A stretch of 64,000 bases of DNA from Candidatus Komeilibacteria bacterium. GTDB lineage: Bacteria > Patescibacteriota > Patescibacteriia > UBA1558. This document shows positions 30,971 to 39,839 of this stretch, piece after piece; the first letter of the stretch is position 1, and each line of letters starts with the position of its first letter. The translations under genes were made by a program, and so were the position numbers. Location of the stretch: NCBI GenBank assembly GCA_048538275.1, contig JBLYPW010000004.1:7567-71566 (forward strand), read 5' to 3'. Under the pieces are notes generated by a model that saw nothing but the letters and a program-made list of their open reading frames with translations, was not told the origin of the DNA and ran no database searches.

Positions 30971-31780
30971 ATGATCCTTGAACATTCTTCAAAAAATAAA
31001 AAAGCTTTATTGCTCATATCCATTATTATTTTGGCACTAGGTGTTTTTCTGGTTTTCTATTCACCCATAATCTTTCAAGAGGGTAATCCTTGGCCACAAA
31101 TAAAAGGAATATTGAAGTTAAATTTTAGTAATAACGAGGTTGTAAAATTAAATATTGGAGAAAATAAATATATTACCAAAGGCAATAATCCAGAAATAAT
31201 CAAATCTTTTATGAAAGGTAGGGGCTACGATTTTACGGAGCAAATGGGAGCTGGTTATCTTTTCAAAACAGACAGTGGGGCAAGTGCCGTTGCTACTCAT
31301 AGATATTACAGTCGTTTTTATTCACTGTGGACCATTACTGAAGAAAATAATGCCCCTAATAACAATCTGTGGACTACAACTACTAATGACCAAGGTATTA
31401 CATTCCAATATCCTGACCTAATCACCCAATACATCCGTGCCGTGGCTTGGCCGCCGGCCATCACTTTCAGCAATGCCACTTTTAACTGCGAAATAACCGA
31501 TCCAACCAGCAGCCAAGCAAATAGGACAATGTTGCGCCAAGTTGATAATAGAAGTTATTGCCTGCAGGCTATGAGTGAAGGCGCGGCTGGCAGCACTTAT
31601 ACAGAATATATTTATACTACAGAAGTAAATAATAAACTGATAACTGCAAGATTCACCTTGCGCTTTCCACAATGTCTAAATTATGACGATCCCCAAAAAA
31701 CCGCCTGCCAACAAGAGAGAGAAGCCTTTGACCTGGATCAGGTAGTGGATAAAATTGTCTTATCCATTCATACAAACTAG
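30971..31780 (+). CDS. Hypothetical membrane-anchored protein with two modules
   Basis: N-terminal TM; first module FQEGNPWPQ..EQMGAGY; Cys-containing second module WPP..EGAAGSTY..QCLNY. Confidence 0.8.
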   Translation: MILEHSSKNKKALLLISIIILALGVFLVFYSPIIFQEGNPWPQIKGILKLNFSNNEVVKLNIGENKYITKGNNPEIIKSFMKGRGYDFTEQMGAGYLFKTDSGASAVATHRYYSRFYSLWTITEENNAPNNNLWTTTTNDQGITFQYPDLITQYIRAVAWPPAITFSNATFNCEITDPTSSQANRTMLRQVDNRSYCLQAMSEGAAGSTYTEYIYTTEVNNKLITARFTLRFPQCLNYDDPQKTACQQEREAFDLDQVVDKIVLSIHTN

Positions 31781-31847
31781 CCAAATTTCATAAATAACAA
31801 CCCTTGAGATAAAACCTTGTTCTTAAATTAAGAAAAAGGTTTTTTCT

Positions 31848-31876
31848 TTGTCAAAATCTTAAAAAAATTGTATAAT
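31848..31876 (+). promoter_or_regulatory. galU operon promoter
   Basis: TTGTCA-17 nt-TATAAT. Confidence 0.65.
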
Positions 31877-31887
31877 TTTATTAGTTT

Positions 31888-32760
31888 ATGAAAAAAATTA
31901 CCAAAGCAATTATACCGGTAGCCGGTCTAGGTACTCGCTTTCTACCCGCTACCAAGGCTCAGCCCAAAGAAATGCTCACCTTGGTGGATAAACCACTCAT
32001 TCAATATATCGTTGAAGAGGCGGTAGCGGCTGGCATTGAACAGATTATTTTTGTCACTTCACAGACCAAGCGGGCTATTGAAGATCACTTTGATCGCAAT
32101 TTTGAGCTAGAATACCGCTTGCGACAAAAAAATAAAAAAGACGCATTAAAGGATATTACAAAAATTTCTGATCTAGCAGAATTTATATACATTCGTCAAA
32201 AAACACCTCGTGGCTTAGGTCACGCCATTCACTGTGCTAGCCCTTTAATCAATGATGAACCATTTGCTGTATTCTTAGGTGATGATATTATCGCAGCGCC
32301 GCAACCGGCCATCGCCCAATTGATAGAAACTTATAATAAATATGAAGACGTGGTGCTGGGTGCTGTTGAAGTAGCAAAGGATAAGGTGTCGCGCTACGGT
32401 ATTATCGCCGGCACTAAAATAGATAACAATGTTACAGAGGTTACAAATTTAATCGAAAAACCGACAGTCAAAGAAGCTCCTTCTAACTTAGCTATCATTG
32501 GTCGCTATATCTTGCGTCCGGAAATTATGACCATACTACAAGACACCAAGCCCGGCAAAGGAAATGAAATTCAATTAACCGATGCCTTGCAAACCCTAAA
32601 CAAATCACGCGCTATGTATGCTCGAAAAATAACCGGCCAGTATTTTGACTGCGGCAGCAAGCTGGGGTTTTTACAAGCCACCGTACACTACGGACTAGAA
32701 CACAGCAATCATAAAAAAGATTTTTTCCAATATCTAAAAACTATTATCAACAATAAATAG
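31888..32760 (+). CDS. galU: UTP--glucose-1-phosphate uridylyltransferase
   Basis: AGLGTRFLPATKAQPKEML, GLGHA, EKP, GNEIQLTDA. Confidence 0.97.
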   Translation: MKKITKAIIPVAGLGTRFLPATKAQPKEMLTLVDKPLIQYIVEEAVAAGIEQIIFVTSQTKRAIEDHFDRNFELEYRLRQKNKKDALKDITKISDLAEFIYIRQKTPRGLGHAIHCASPLINDEPFAVFLGDDIIAAPQPAIAQLIETYNKYEDVVLGAVEVAKDKVSRYGIIAGTKIDNNVTEVTNLIEKPTVKEAPSNLAIIGRYILRPEIMTILQDTKPGKGNEIQLTDALQTLNKSRAMYARKITGQYFDCGSKLGFLQATVHYGLEHSNHKKDFFQYLKTIINNK

Positions 32761-34161
32761 ATGCCTGCAAAAAAAATAAAGTTATATATTCTGGTCTTGT
32801 TGCTGATGGCCATGCCCTTGTCCGGTTTTGGTTGTAAGTTCTCACAAAGTAATGAAGTGCAGCAACTAAACAAGCCTGTCAATTTGTCCTGGTGGGGCGT
32901 ATGGGAAGAATCCGCGCAAGTAGCCAGCCTGATAAATGCTTACCAATCCGTTCACCCTAATATAAACATAACTTATCGTAAGTTTCGCTGGGAAGAATAT
33001 GAAGCAGCCCTAACCCGTGCCTGGCTAGAGCAACGCGGTCCAGATATTTACTCTATTCCGGCAAGCTATCTACATCAATACCAAAGCTTGATCCAACCAA
33101 TGCCAGCAACCATGCGCTTACCCTTTGTGGAAATGCAAGGCGCTATAAAAAAAGAGCCTGTGACGGTGATAAAAACTGTCGCCGGACTCACGCCCAGCAA
33201 ACTAAAAGATTTATTTGTCGGCGCTATTGCTGATGAAGCGGTCATAGCTGATCAAATATACGGACTGCCTCTCAGTCTGGATAGTCTGGCCCTATACTAT
33301 AATCGTGACATTCTTAACAATGCCCGCATACCACTACCGGCAACCACCTGGTCAGAACTAGTAGAACAGGTGTCCCAACTGGCTGTTTTTGACCAAAATA
33401 ACAATATCAACCAAGCTGCTATTGCGCTGGGCACAAGCGATAACATTCCCCGTTCTAGCGATATTTTATCCCTACTAATGATGCAGAACGGCGCCACTAT
33501 GAGTGATGATGACGGCAGAGTAATTTTTAACCAGCCACCAGAAGGAGTAAATTTTTATCCGGCTAAAGACGCGCTAGACTTTTATACCAGCTTTGCCAAT
33601 ACCAGCAAGGCGGTCTATACCTGGAACGAAGACATGCCTGACGCTTTGGAAGCTTTTACTAGCGGTCGCCTCGCCTATTTTATCGGTTATAGCTACCAGC
33701 TACCCATCATCCGCGCGGCCGCTCCCAAACTAAACTTCAATGTCGCGCCCATGTTACAAACAATGCCCGATGTACAAGAAATAAATTTTGCCGACTGGTG
33801 GGCCCTAACCACTTATTTTGGCGCCGATGAAACTAAGATTGCTCCGGCTTGGAATTTTATAAAATTTATCACTACCACGCCGGAGGTATTGGGACCATAC
33901 TTGACAGAAGCAAAAAGACCAACCGCTCTCCGTGCTTTAATAAATGACCAAATACAACAAGACGGTATCTCTGTTTTTGCCAATCAAGTTTTGACCGCCC
34001 AAAACTGGTATCGTGGTTATGATGCCGTAGCGGCCGATCAAGCAATGCAGCATATGATTGATCAAGCCAATCACGACATTACCGATAAATTTACTCTCAA
34101 CAATTTACTAGACCTAACGGCCGATAAAATTAACCAAACCAATCAACCGCCACAACCATGA
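32761..34161 (+). CDS. Extracellular solute-binding lipoprotein (SBP family 1-like), with no permease nearby
   Basis: Lipobox LSGFGC, GPDI, YGLPLSLDSLALYYN, AFTSGR. Confidence 0.85.
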   Translation: MPAKKIKLYILVLLLMAMPLSGFGCKFSQSNEVQQLNKPVNLSWWGVWEESAQVASLINAYQSVHPNINITYRKFRWEEYEAALTRAWLEQRGPDIYSIPASYLHQYQSLIQPMPATMRLPFVEMQGAIKKEPVTVIKTVAGLTPSKLKDLFVGAIADEAVIADQIYGLPLSLDSLALYYNRDILNNARIPLPATTWSELVEQVSQLAVFDQNNNINQAAIALGTSDNIPRSSDILSLLMMQNGATMSDDDGRVIFNQPPEGVNFYPAKDALDFYTSFANTSKAVYTWNEDMPDALEAFTSGRLAYFIGYSYQLPIIRAAAPKLNFNVAPMLQTMPDVQEINFADWWALTTYFGADETKIAPAWNFIKFITTTPEVLGPYLTEAKRPTALRALINDQIQQDGISVFANQVLTAQNWYRGYDAVAADQAMQHMIDQANHDITDKFTLNNLLDLTADKINQTNQPPQP

Positions 34162-34937
34162 TAAAAAAAATTATTATCCTCATAGCGCTATTACTGCCAC
34201 TCGTCGGGCAAGCTGCCATCTTAGACAATCCCGAATTGTTTCCCCCAAATAATAGTAGCCATACTACCTGTATAGAAGACGGTAGTTGTACCCTAGACCA
34301 AGGCTTTGGCGCCTTTGTAGCGCTCGGACAATGGGGTCTTGGCGTGGTGGGCGCGGCCGCTTTATTGATGTTTATTTATGGTGGTTTTCAGTGGCTAACG
34401 GCTGCCGGCAATCCCAGCAAAATTGAATCCGGCAAAAAAACACTGGTAGCATCATTAACAGGTGTGATAATTGTATTATTGTCTTGGCTTATAGTACAAA
34501 GCATTTACCAACCTCTGACTGGTAATAATTTGACTGGCGCGGGCGCGGTTAATCAAGCTGATATTTGTCTCAGCGCCGCAGATGGTACCGATTGCCGTGG
34601 TGGCTTGGGACAATGTCAAAATGGCGAGTGTGTACAAAAGTGCGACCTATTAAATGATCCTTCCTATGCTTGCCGGGAAAGCGTCTATTGTGATACAGAT
34701 TATGAAATACCAGGACAATGTTTTGGAGCTAGTAATATCCTTTGTTGCAAAGAATACCAGGCACCTGCTTTAGAAACAAAAGACCTAAACAATTATAATA
34801 TAAATCCAGTAAACGACTGTACCAATGTGTACGGGCAGGAATACGGTTGTTACGAACCCTACCTTTGTTGGGAAGGTACAGAAAAAAGTGGAGGACACTG
34901 TATAAACGACCTTGTGTGTTGCGTGTTAGGAGAATAA
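34158..34937 (+). CDS. VirB2/TrbC-like pilin 1 with Cys-rich C-terminal domain
   Basis: Signal peptide; GGFQWLTAAGN..GKKTL core between two TM helices; many Cys in the tail. Confidence 0.85.
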   Translation: MIKKIIILIALLLPLVGQAAILDNPELFPPNNSSHTTCIEDGSCTLDQGFGAFVALGQWGLGVVGAAALLMFIYGGFQWLTAAGNPSKIESGKKTLVASLTGVIIVLLSWLIVQSIYQPLTGNNLTGAGAVNQADICLSAADGTDCRGGLGQCQNGECVQKCDLLNDPSYACRESVYCDTDYEIPGQCFGASNILCCKEYQAPALETKDLNNYNINPVNDCTNVYGQEYGCYEPYLCWEGTEKSGGHCINDLVCCVLGE

Positions 34938-34963
34938 AACTTATAAAAATAATCATATCTTGT

Positions 34964-35287
34964 ATGAAAAAAATAACCCCTTGGCTTTTTAGCCTCACCG
35001 TGCTTTGGACCATTGCCTTACCAGCCTTGGCAGTACAAATAAACAACCCTATTCAGGTTAATTCTGCTGCCGAGCTGGCCGGCTTGATCATCAAAACCTT
35101 ACTTGGCTTGGTCGGCATAATTGCCCTAATTTACTTTATTTTAGGCGGTTTTATGTGGATGACAGCCGCTGGCAATCAAGAAAAAATCAAAAAAGGTCGT
35201 GACACTCTGGTATGGGCGACAATCGGCTTGGTAATAATCTTCGCTTCCTATAGTATTGTATATTTTGTACTCGGTATTTTTGATTAG
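34964..35287 (+). CDS. VirB2/TrbC-like pilin 2
   Basis: Signal peptide ending ALA; GGFMWMTAAGNQEKIKKGR; start moved to MKKITPW. Confidence 0.88.
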   Translation: MKKITPWLFSLTVLWTIALPALAVQINNPIQVNSAAELAGLIIKTLLGLVGIIALIYFILGGFMWMTAAGNQEKIKKGRDTLVWATIGLVIIFASYSIVYFVLGIFD

Positions 35288-35296
35288 AAAAAAACA

Positions 35297-35325
35297 TTGT
35301 AAAAAACAAGCTTCTCTGTTATAAT
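35297..35325 (+). promoter_or_regulatory. Internal promoter for pilin 3 onwards
   Basis: TTGTAA-17 nt-TATAAT with extended TG; SD GAAAGGGGGTGA at 35401-35412. Confidence 0.65.
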
Positions 35326-35419
35326 TTTACTAGTTATCAACATATAACAACCTTATTATTAATCATTTTTGGCTGGCCCTTATGACGCTAGCCTAAAACT
35401 GAAAGGGGGTGAAACTGGT

Positions 35420-35800
35420 ATGAGAAAAATTTTCTCCAAGACCAATATCATCGCTTTTGTCATGTTGGCCTTGATGATGATGCCAATAGTGACAATGGCT
35501 GCAGGCAATGTTGACATTGGCATTAATGATGCCGCCAATATCGGCCTGGGCAATACAGACGCTAAAGACGTCGTGACTAACATAATCCAAGTTATTCTCG
35601 GATTCTTGGGCTTAGTTGCAGTTATTATCATCTTAGCTGGTGGTTTCATGTGGATGACAGCCGGTGGTAATGAAGATAAAGTAAAAAAGGGTCGCCAATT
35701 GATTATCAATGGTATTATTGGCCTGATTATCATTTTAGCTGCCTTCTCTATCGCGACTTTTGTGCTCAATTCCTTAAAATCAGCAACCGGATTAAACTAA
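35420..35800 (+). CDS. VirB2/TrbC-like pilin 3 (candidate major pilin)
   Basis: GGFMWMTAGGNEDKVKKGR; own promoter and strong SD. Confidence 0.9.
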   Translation: MRKIFSKTNIIAFVMLALMMMPIVTMAAGNVDIGINDAANIGLGNTDAKDVVTNIIQVILGFLGLVAVIIILAGGFMWMTAGGNEDKVKKGRQLIINGIIGLIIILAAFSIATFVLNSLKSATGLN

Positions 35801-35892
35801 CTATTTTATAGTCTAGACTATAGTGGATCAAATCCTTGGTCCACTTAGGCCTAAACTTTAATTAGGGTTATAAATAAGTATTAAATAATACT

Positions 35893-36279
35893 ATGATGAA
35901 AAATATCTTTAGTCGTACCAATATTGTCGCCTTTCTATTGTTGGCTATAATGTTTGTGCCAGCTATTACCATGGCTAGCGGATTAGATACTAACTTGGGT
36001 CTAAATTATGCTGGCAATATTGGCCTGGGCGAAACAGACGCCATAGACGTTGTTACAAATATCATACAAGTAATCTTGGGCTTCTTGGGATTGGTGGCGG
36101 TAGTAATTATCTTAATTGGTGGATTCACTTGGATGACAGCCGGTGGTAATGAGGATAAGGTCAAAAAAGGCCGCACCTGGATTATCAACGGCGTTATTGG
36201 CTTAGTGATAGTGCTAGCTGCTTTTTCCATCGCTTCCTTTGTTATCAATGCCAGCAAGAACGCTACTGGCCTTAATTAA
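35893..36279 (+). CDS. VirB2/TrbC-like pilin 4 (close paralog of pilin 3)
   Basis: Shares DVVTNIIQVILGFLGLVAV, WMTAGGNEDKVKKGR and C-terminal ATGLN with pilin 3. Confidence 0.9.
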   Translation: MMKNIFSRTNIVAFLLLAIMFVPAITMASGLDTNLGLNYAGNIGLGETDAIDVVTNIIQVILGFLGLVAVVIILIGGFTWMTAGGNEDKVKKGRTWIINGVIGLVIVLAAFSIASFVINASKNATGLN

Positions 36280-36333
36280 TATAGTCTAAATTTTGGCGGG
36301 CCAGACTTGGCCCGCCCTGATGTGGCCTATATT

Positions 36334-36750
36334 ATGATTTGGTTAAATAAAAAAAATCAATCTATGTTATTTGTCAGCCTAATTTTATTTATGGCTGCTT
36401 TTGTTTTGTTTACCACGATTAGCCCTGCTCTAGCCTCTTCCGGCCTAGATGATGCTAAAGAGGGCCTAGGACAGGCCGCTCGTTATGGCGGCTTTACGAG
36501 CGACGCAGAAGGACCAACTAGTCCAGTAGATTTAGCTTCAAAAATAATTAAGACAATTCTTGGTTTTGTTGGCACTATATTTTTAATCCTTATTATAGTC
36601 TCCGGCTTCCAGTGGATGACAGCCGGTGGTAATGAAGAAACTATAAAAAAAGCCCGCGGTAGAATGACTAGCGCCGTTATTGGTTTGGCAATCATTCTCG
36701 GGGCTTGGGTAATCACCGACTTTGTAATTAATTCTATAGTATCTTTATAA
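36334..36750 (+). CDS. VirB2/TrbC-like pilin 5
   Basis: SGFQWMTAGGNEETIKKAR; start uncertain (36334 or 36364). Confidence 0.87.
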   Translation: MIWLNKKNQSMLFVSLILFMAAFVLFTTISPALASSGLDDAKEGLGQAARYGGFTSDAEGPTSPVDLASKIIKTILGFVGTIFLILIIVSGFQWMTAGGNEETIKKARGRMTSAVIGLAIILGAWVITDFVINSIVSL

Positions 36751-36751
36751 A

Positions 36752-37150
36752 ATGAATTTTCATAACAAAAAAAAGCTGCTACTCTGCTTCATTTTAATGG
36801 GCTTGATTGTGTTACCCGCCTTAGGCCACGCCGCGCTTCTAAAAGAAGGCACCGACATAGGCGGCGGTGCCAAAAATTTTGCTGAACACTTGGGTTATCA
36901 AACAAACAATACTAATACACCAACCGATGTCGCAGCATATATCATAACCTTGCTATTAAGCTTTGTGGGCACCGTCTTTGTAATATTAATTATCGTCTCC
37001 GGCTTCCAGTGGATGACGGCCGGTGGTAATGAAGAGACTATCAAAACATCACGCAAGCGAATAATTAATGCGACTATTGGCTTAGTAATAGTTTTAGCCG
37101 CTTTTGTTATCACCAGGTTTGTCTTATTTAATATACAATATGCCGTTTAA
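36752..37150 (+). CDS. VirB2/TrbC-like pilin 6
   Basis: SGFQWMTAGGNEETIKTSRKR. Confidence 0.88.
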   Translation: MNFHNKKKLLLCFILMGLIVLPALGHAALLKEGTDIGGGAKNFAEHLGYQTNNTNTPTDVAAYIITLLLSFVGTVFVILIIVSGFQWMTAGGNEETIKTSRKRIINATIGLVIVLAAFVITRFVLFNIQYAV

Positions 37151-37453
37151 AATAGTAAAAAAAACACTAAGCATAGTTAGCCTCTTTATTCTGCTGCTAC
37201 CCGCTGTGGTAGGGGCGGCTGGAAATCAGCCAGCCAGCGACCTTGATCAATTGCAAATGGGACAATTTGATGCGTTAGAAAATGCCGTCACCGGGCAAGG
37301 CGACCAAGAACCAGCCTCAGTAGATAGTATAGTGGCCTACATTATCAGGATGGCGCTTAGCTTTCTCGGCTTTATATTTATAATATTAATTATCGTCTCC
37401 GGCTTCCAGTGGATGACGGCCGGGGGCAATGAAGAGACTATCAAAACATCACG
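36981..37453 (+). repeat. 73-nt near-identical direct repeat in pilins 6 and 7
   Basis: 36981-37053 versus 37381-37453, two synonymous mismatches; partial third copy near 36598-36646 in pilin 5. Confidence 0.9.
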
Positions 37454-37556
37454 TAAACGCATGACCAATGCTGTCATTGGACTAGCCATAGTAATAGCCG
37501 CCTTTGCTATCAGTGAATTTGTATTAGGAACAATTATCAATGCCACATTACGCTAA
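37140..37556 (+). CDS. VirB2/TrbC-like pilin 7
   Basis: SGFQWMTAGGNEETIKTSRKR; start at MPFKIV. Confidence 0.88.
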   Translation: MPFKIVKKTLSIVSLFILLLPAVVGAAGNQPASDLDQLQMGQFDALENAVTGQGDQEPASVDSIVAYIIRMALSFLGFIFIILIIVSGFQWMTAGGNEETIKTSRKRMTNAVIGLAIVIAAFAISEFVLGTIINATLR

Positions 37557-38040
37557 AATTACCGTTCTAGTTGTTTTTTCCCTCACCATCCTAATGAGTG
37601 CGGGTATTTTTTTTAGTCAACCCGCTCTTGCCAGTTCTGACCTGGGCAATACCATCTTAAACGAACACCAACAATTTCAAAACGAAGTAGGGGTGCTAAC
37701 CCCAGAAAGAGACTTGCCTGATATTATTGTTATGCTGATTAAATCAATCCTCGGGCTATTGGGCCTAGTTTTTGTCGTATTAATACTACAGGGAGGCTTT
37801 CAGTGGATGACTGCCGGGGGTAATGAAGCCTCAATAAAAAGCGCTAAGAATAGATTAAAAAACGCTATTATCGGATTGCTCATAATTATAGCGGCTTATT
37901 CTATTACTTTGTTTGTAATAAATGCTCTCAAAAAAAGCACCGGCGCTCAATATCAAAGCAGCTCCTGCCAAAGTAACGATGATTGTCCTAGTGGTTTTCG
38001 TTGTAGCGAGGCTTTACACACCTGCGTAATAAAGTTATAA
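37540..38040 (+). CDS. VirB2/TrbC-like pilin 8 with short Cys-rich tail
   Basis: GGFQWMTAGGNE core; tail CQSNDDCPSGFRCSEALHTC. Confidence 0.88.
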   Translation: MPHYAKITVLVVFSLTILMSAGIFFSQPALASSDLGNTILNEHQQFQNEVGVLTPERDLPDIIVMLIKSILGLLGLVFVVLILQGGFQWMTAGGNEASIKSAKNRLKNAIIGLLIIIAAYSITLFVINALKKSTGAQYQSSSCQSNDDCPSGFRCSEALHTCVIKL

Positions 38041-38059
38041 ACCAAAATCATCAGCTAAT

Positions 38060-38091
38060 AAAAAACACACCTTCCTAGGTGTTTTTTTATT
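38060..38091. terminator. Terminator ending the pilin operon, shared with the convergent GT gene
   Basis: ACACCT-TCCT-AGGTGT flanked by A- and T-tracts. Confidence 0.65.
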
Positions 38092-38098
38092 TATCTTT

Positions 38099-39700
38099 TT
38101 ATTGAACCGCAAATATCTCTGCCTCTTCGTCACTATACACTGGCAGGAAATAAACATTGTTTATTAGTTTAGCTAATAGCTTATCATTCTTCTTGTCAAC
38201 CAAAATGTACTTGGCTTGCAAACGATCATGAAAAAGCTGATAAGGCGGTACCAGATTACGATCTTTCACCAAATCAGTTAAAGCCAAAACTCCTTGCGGA
38301 TACACGGGCAAGCTTAAGCGGGGATCAAGTCCGTAAAAATAATTATTATTGGTATTATAATAAAACAAACTGGGCCATTGTCCCCAATTATCATTTACGA
38401 CCAAACTATGATCAGGCGTATTCATTGACAACCATTGCGCGGCAGCCTGCAGGTGAGTTAACGATATGCCCTTGTTACTGTCTGTTTTCACCATATAAAA
38501 ATTACGTCCTGTGATCAGCAAGGCTATAAAAAGCCCTACCCACAACCAACGACGACGACTTTTATACGGCTGGCAATAATTTTTCCACCAGGCTGATAAG
38601 CCCTGTCCTCCCAATAAATCACGCCACAATAAAGCTAAAAATATGACCATTGCCGGTGCCGAGTATTCAATAAAACGACGCGCGTTAATTGTTGCTATAA
38701 ACATAATAAGGGAAAAAAGCGCCATAAAAACAGTTGCCTTTTCTATTTTTCGCGGTCGCAATATCCATAATAAACTAGCCGCCATAATAACAAACAACAA
38801 ACCGGCGCTGCCCAATAAAGCATATATATTATAAGGATACCACTCGCTCCCTACATTAAGCAGCCGATAATCTATATTGCGAACCGCTATATCTAAGACT
38901 TGCTGACCGTAAAAATATAAGTTTTGTGGCCAATATGGATGACTGATAACTCCTCCGATAATGCCCAACAAACTCAACAATAACAAGCCCCATTTGCGCG
39001 CCTGCTGTTTACCAACCAACCCCAATTTAATTAAGACTTGTTTGATTCTAGATCTTAGTTGGGCTAATTTGTCATCACTGTGCGAACGATAAAAAATATC
39101 TATTAGCAACCACAAACCGATAACAGCCGGCAAAATCAAAAATCCTCCATACAGCCAAACAAATAACCAACTAATCAAAAACACCTTGAAATAACGATAG
39201 TGCATCGCCCAGTGCATGCCCAACAATAAAAATATTAAAGCCCAAGACGAGGCTTTTACCAAAGAAATTCTAAACAAAAAAGGATAAACACTCAATAATA
39301 CCGCCAGCCAGGCTGCTGGCCACGGCGCTCGATATTTTTTCAAACCAAAATATAATAAGGTTAATAAAAGGCTAGAAGTGAAGACGGTGGCTAATTTTAT
39401 ACCCACCAATGGCGGCAACCACTTTACCCAAGGGACGAGCCACAAGTGATATAGCCAGTGATGATCAGTAAAGCTTTGCGCTAAAGTCGTGCCTTGCAAC
39501 CAAGGAAAGCTGCCTAATATTGGTTCATTCTCCATTAAAACTGCCATTTTCGCGTGATAAAAAGCATCCGGATCCATAAATGTGGGGCTGACTTGTATCC
39601 AAGCTAGCAGCAAAAAACACAATAAAAAAACCACCAATACATCAAGCTGATGGGACAATAAAAAACCGATCACATTGCGCCACTTGTTCTTTAAAAACAT
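38099..39700 (-). CDS. Polytopic GT-C-like membrane glycosyltransferase
   Basis: Early loop DPDAFYH, DHHWLYH, many TM, GSEWYP, C-terminal soluble domain with GLDP. Confidence 0.65.
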   Translation of the reverse strand: MFLKNKWRNVIGFLLSHQLDVLVVFLLCFLLLAWIQVSPTFMDPDAFYHAKMAVLMENEPILGSFPWLQGTTLAQSFTDHHWLYHLWLVPWVKWLPPLVGIKLATVFTSSLLLTLLYFGLKKYRAPWPAAWLAVLLSVYPFLFRISLVKASSWALIFLLLGMHWAMHYRYFKVFLISWLFVWLYGGFLILPAVIGLWLLIDIFYRSHSDDKLAQLRSRIKQVLIKLGLVGKQQARKWGLLLLSLLGIIGGVISHPYWPQNLYFYGQQVLDIAVRNIDYRLLNVGSEWYPYNIYALLGSAGLLFVIMAASLLWILRPRKIEKATVFMALFSLIMFIATINARRFIEYSAPAMVIFLALLWRDLLGGQGLSAWWKNYCQPYKSRRRWLWVGLFIALLITGRNFYMVKTDSNKGISLTHLQAAAQWLSMNTPDHSLVVNDNWGQWPSLFYYNTNNNYFYGLDPRLSLPVYPQGVLALTDLVKDRNLVPPYQLFHDRLQAKYILVDKKNDKLLAKLINNVYFLPVYSDEEAEIFAVQ

Positions 39701-39839
39701 GGTTGTATTATATCAATTTTACTTTTATTTGACTACAAAAAATCCTCGGCAAGCATGGTAGCGAGGATCTTGTGGCTAAATGAGCCAGGCATGGGGGTAA
39801 ATAATATAAAAGGGAATAAATCCCCCTCTATACACTATA

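Noticed and set aside
34158-38040. CRISPR array or DGR in the repeated pilin region
   Set aside because: The repeats are coding cores inside ORFs; there is no spacer structure, cas gene or reverse transcriptase, and mismatches are not adenine-specific
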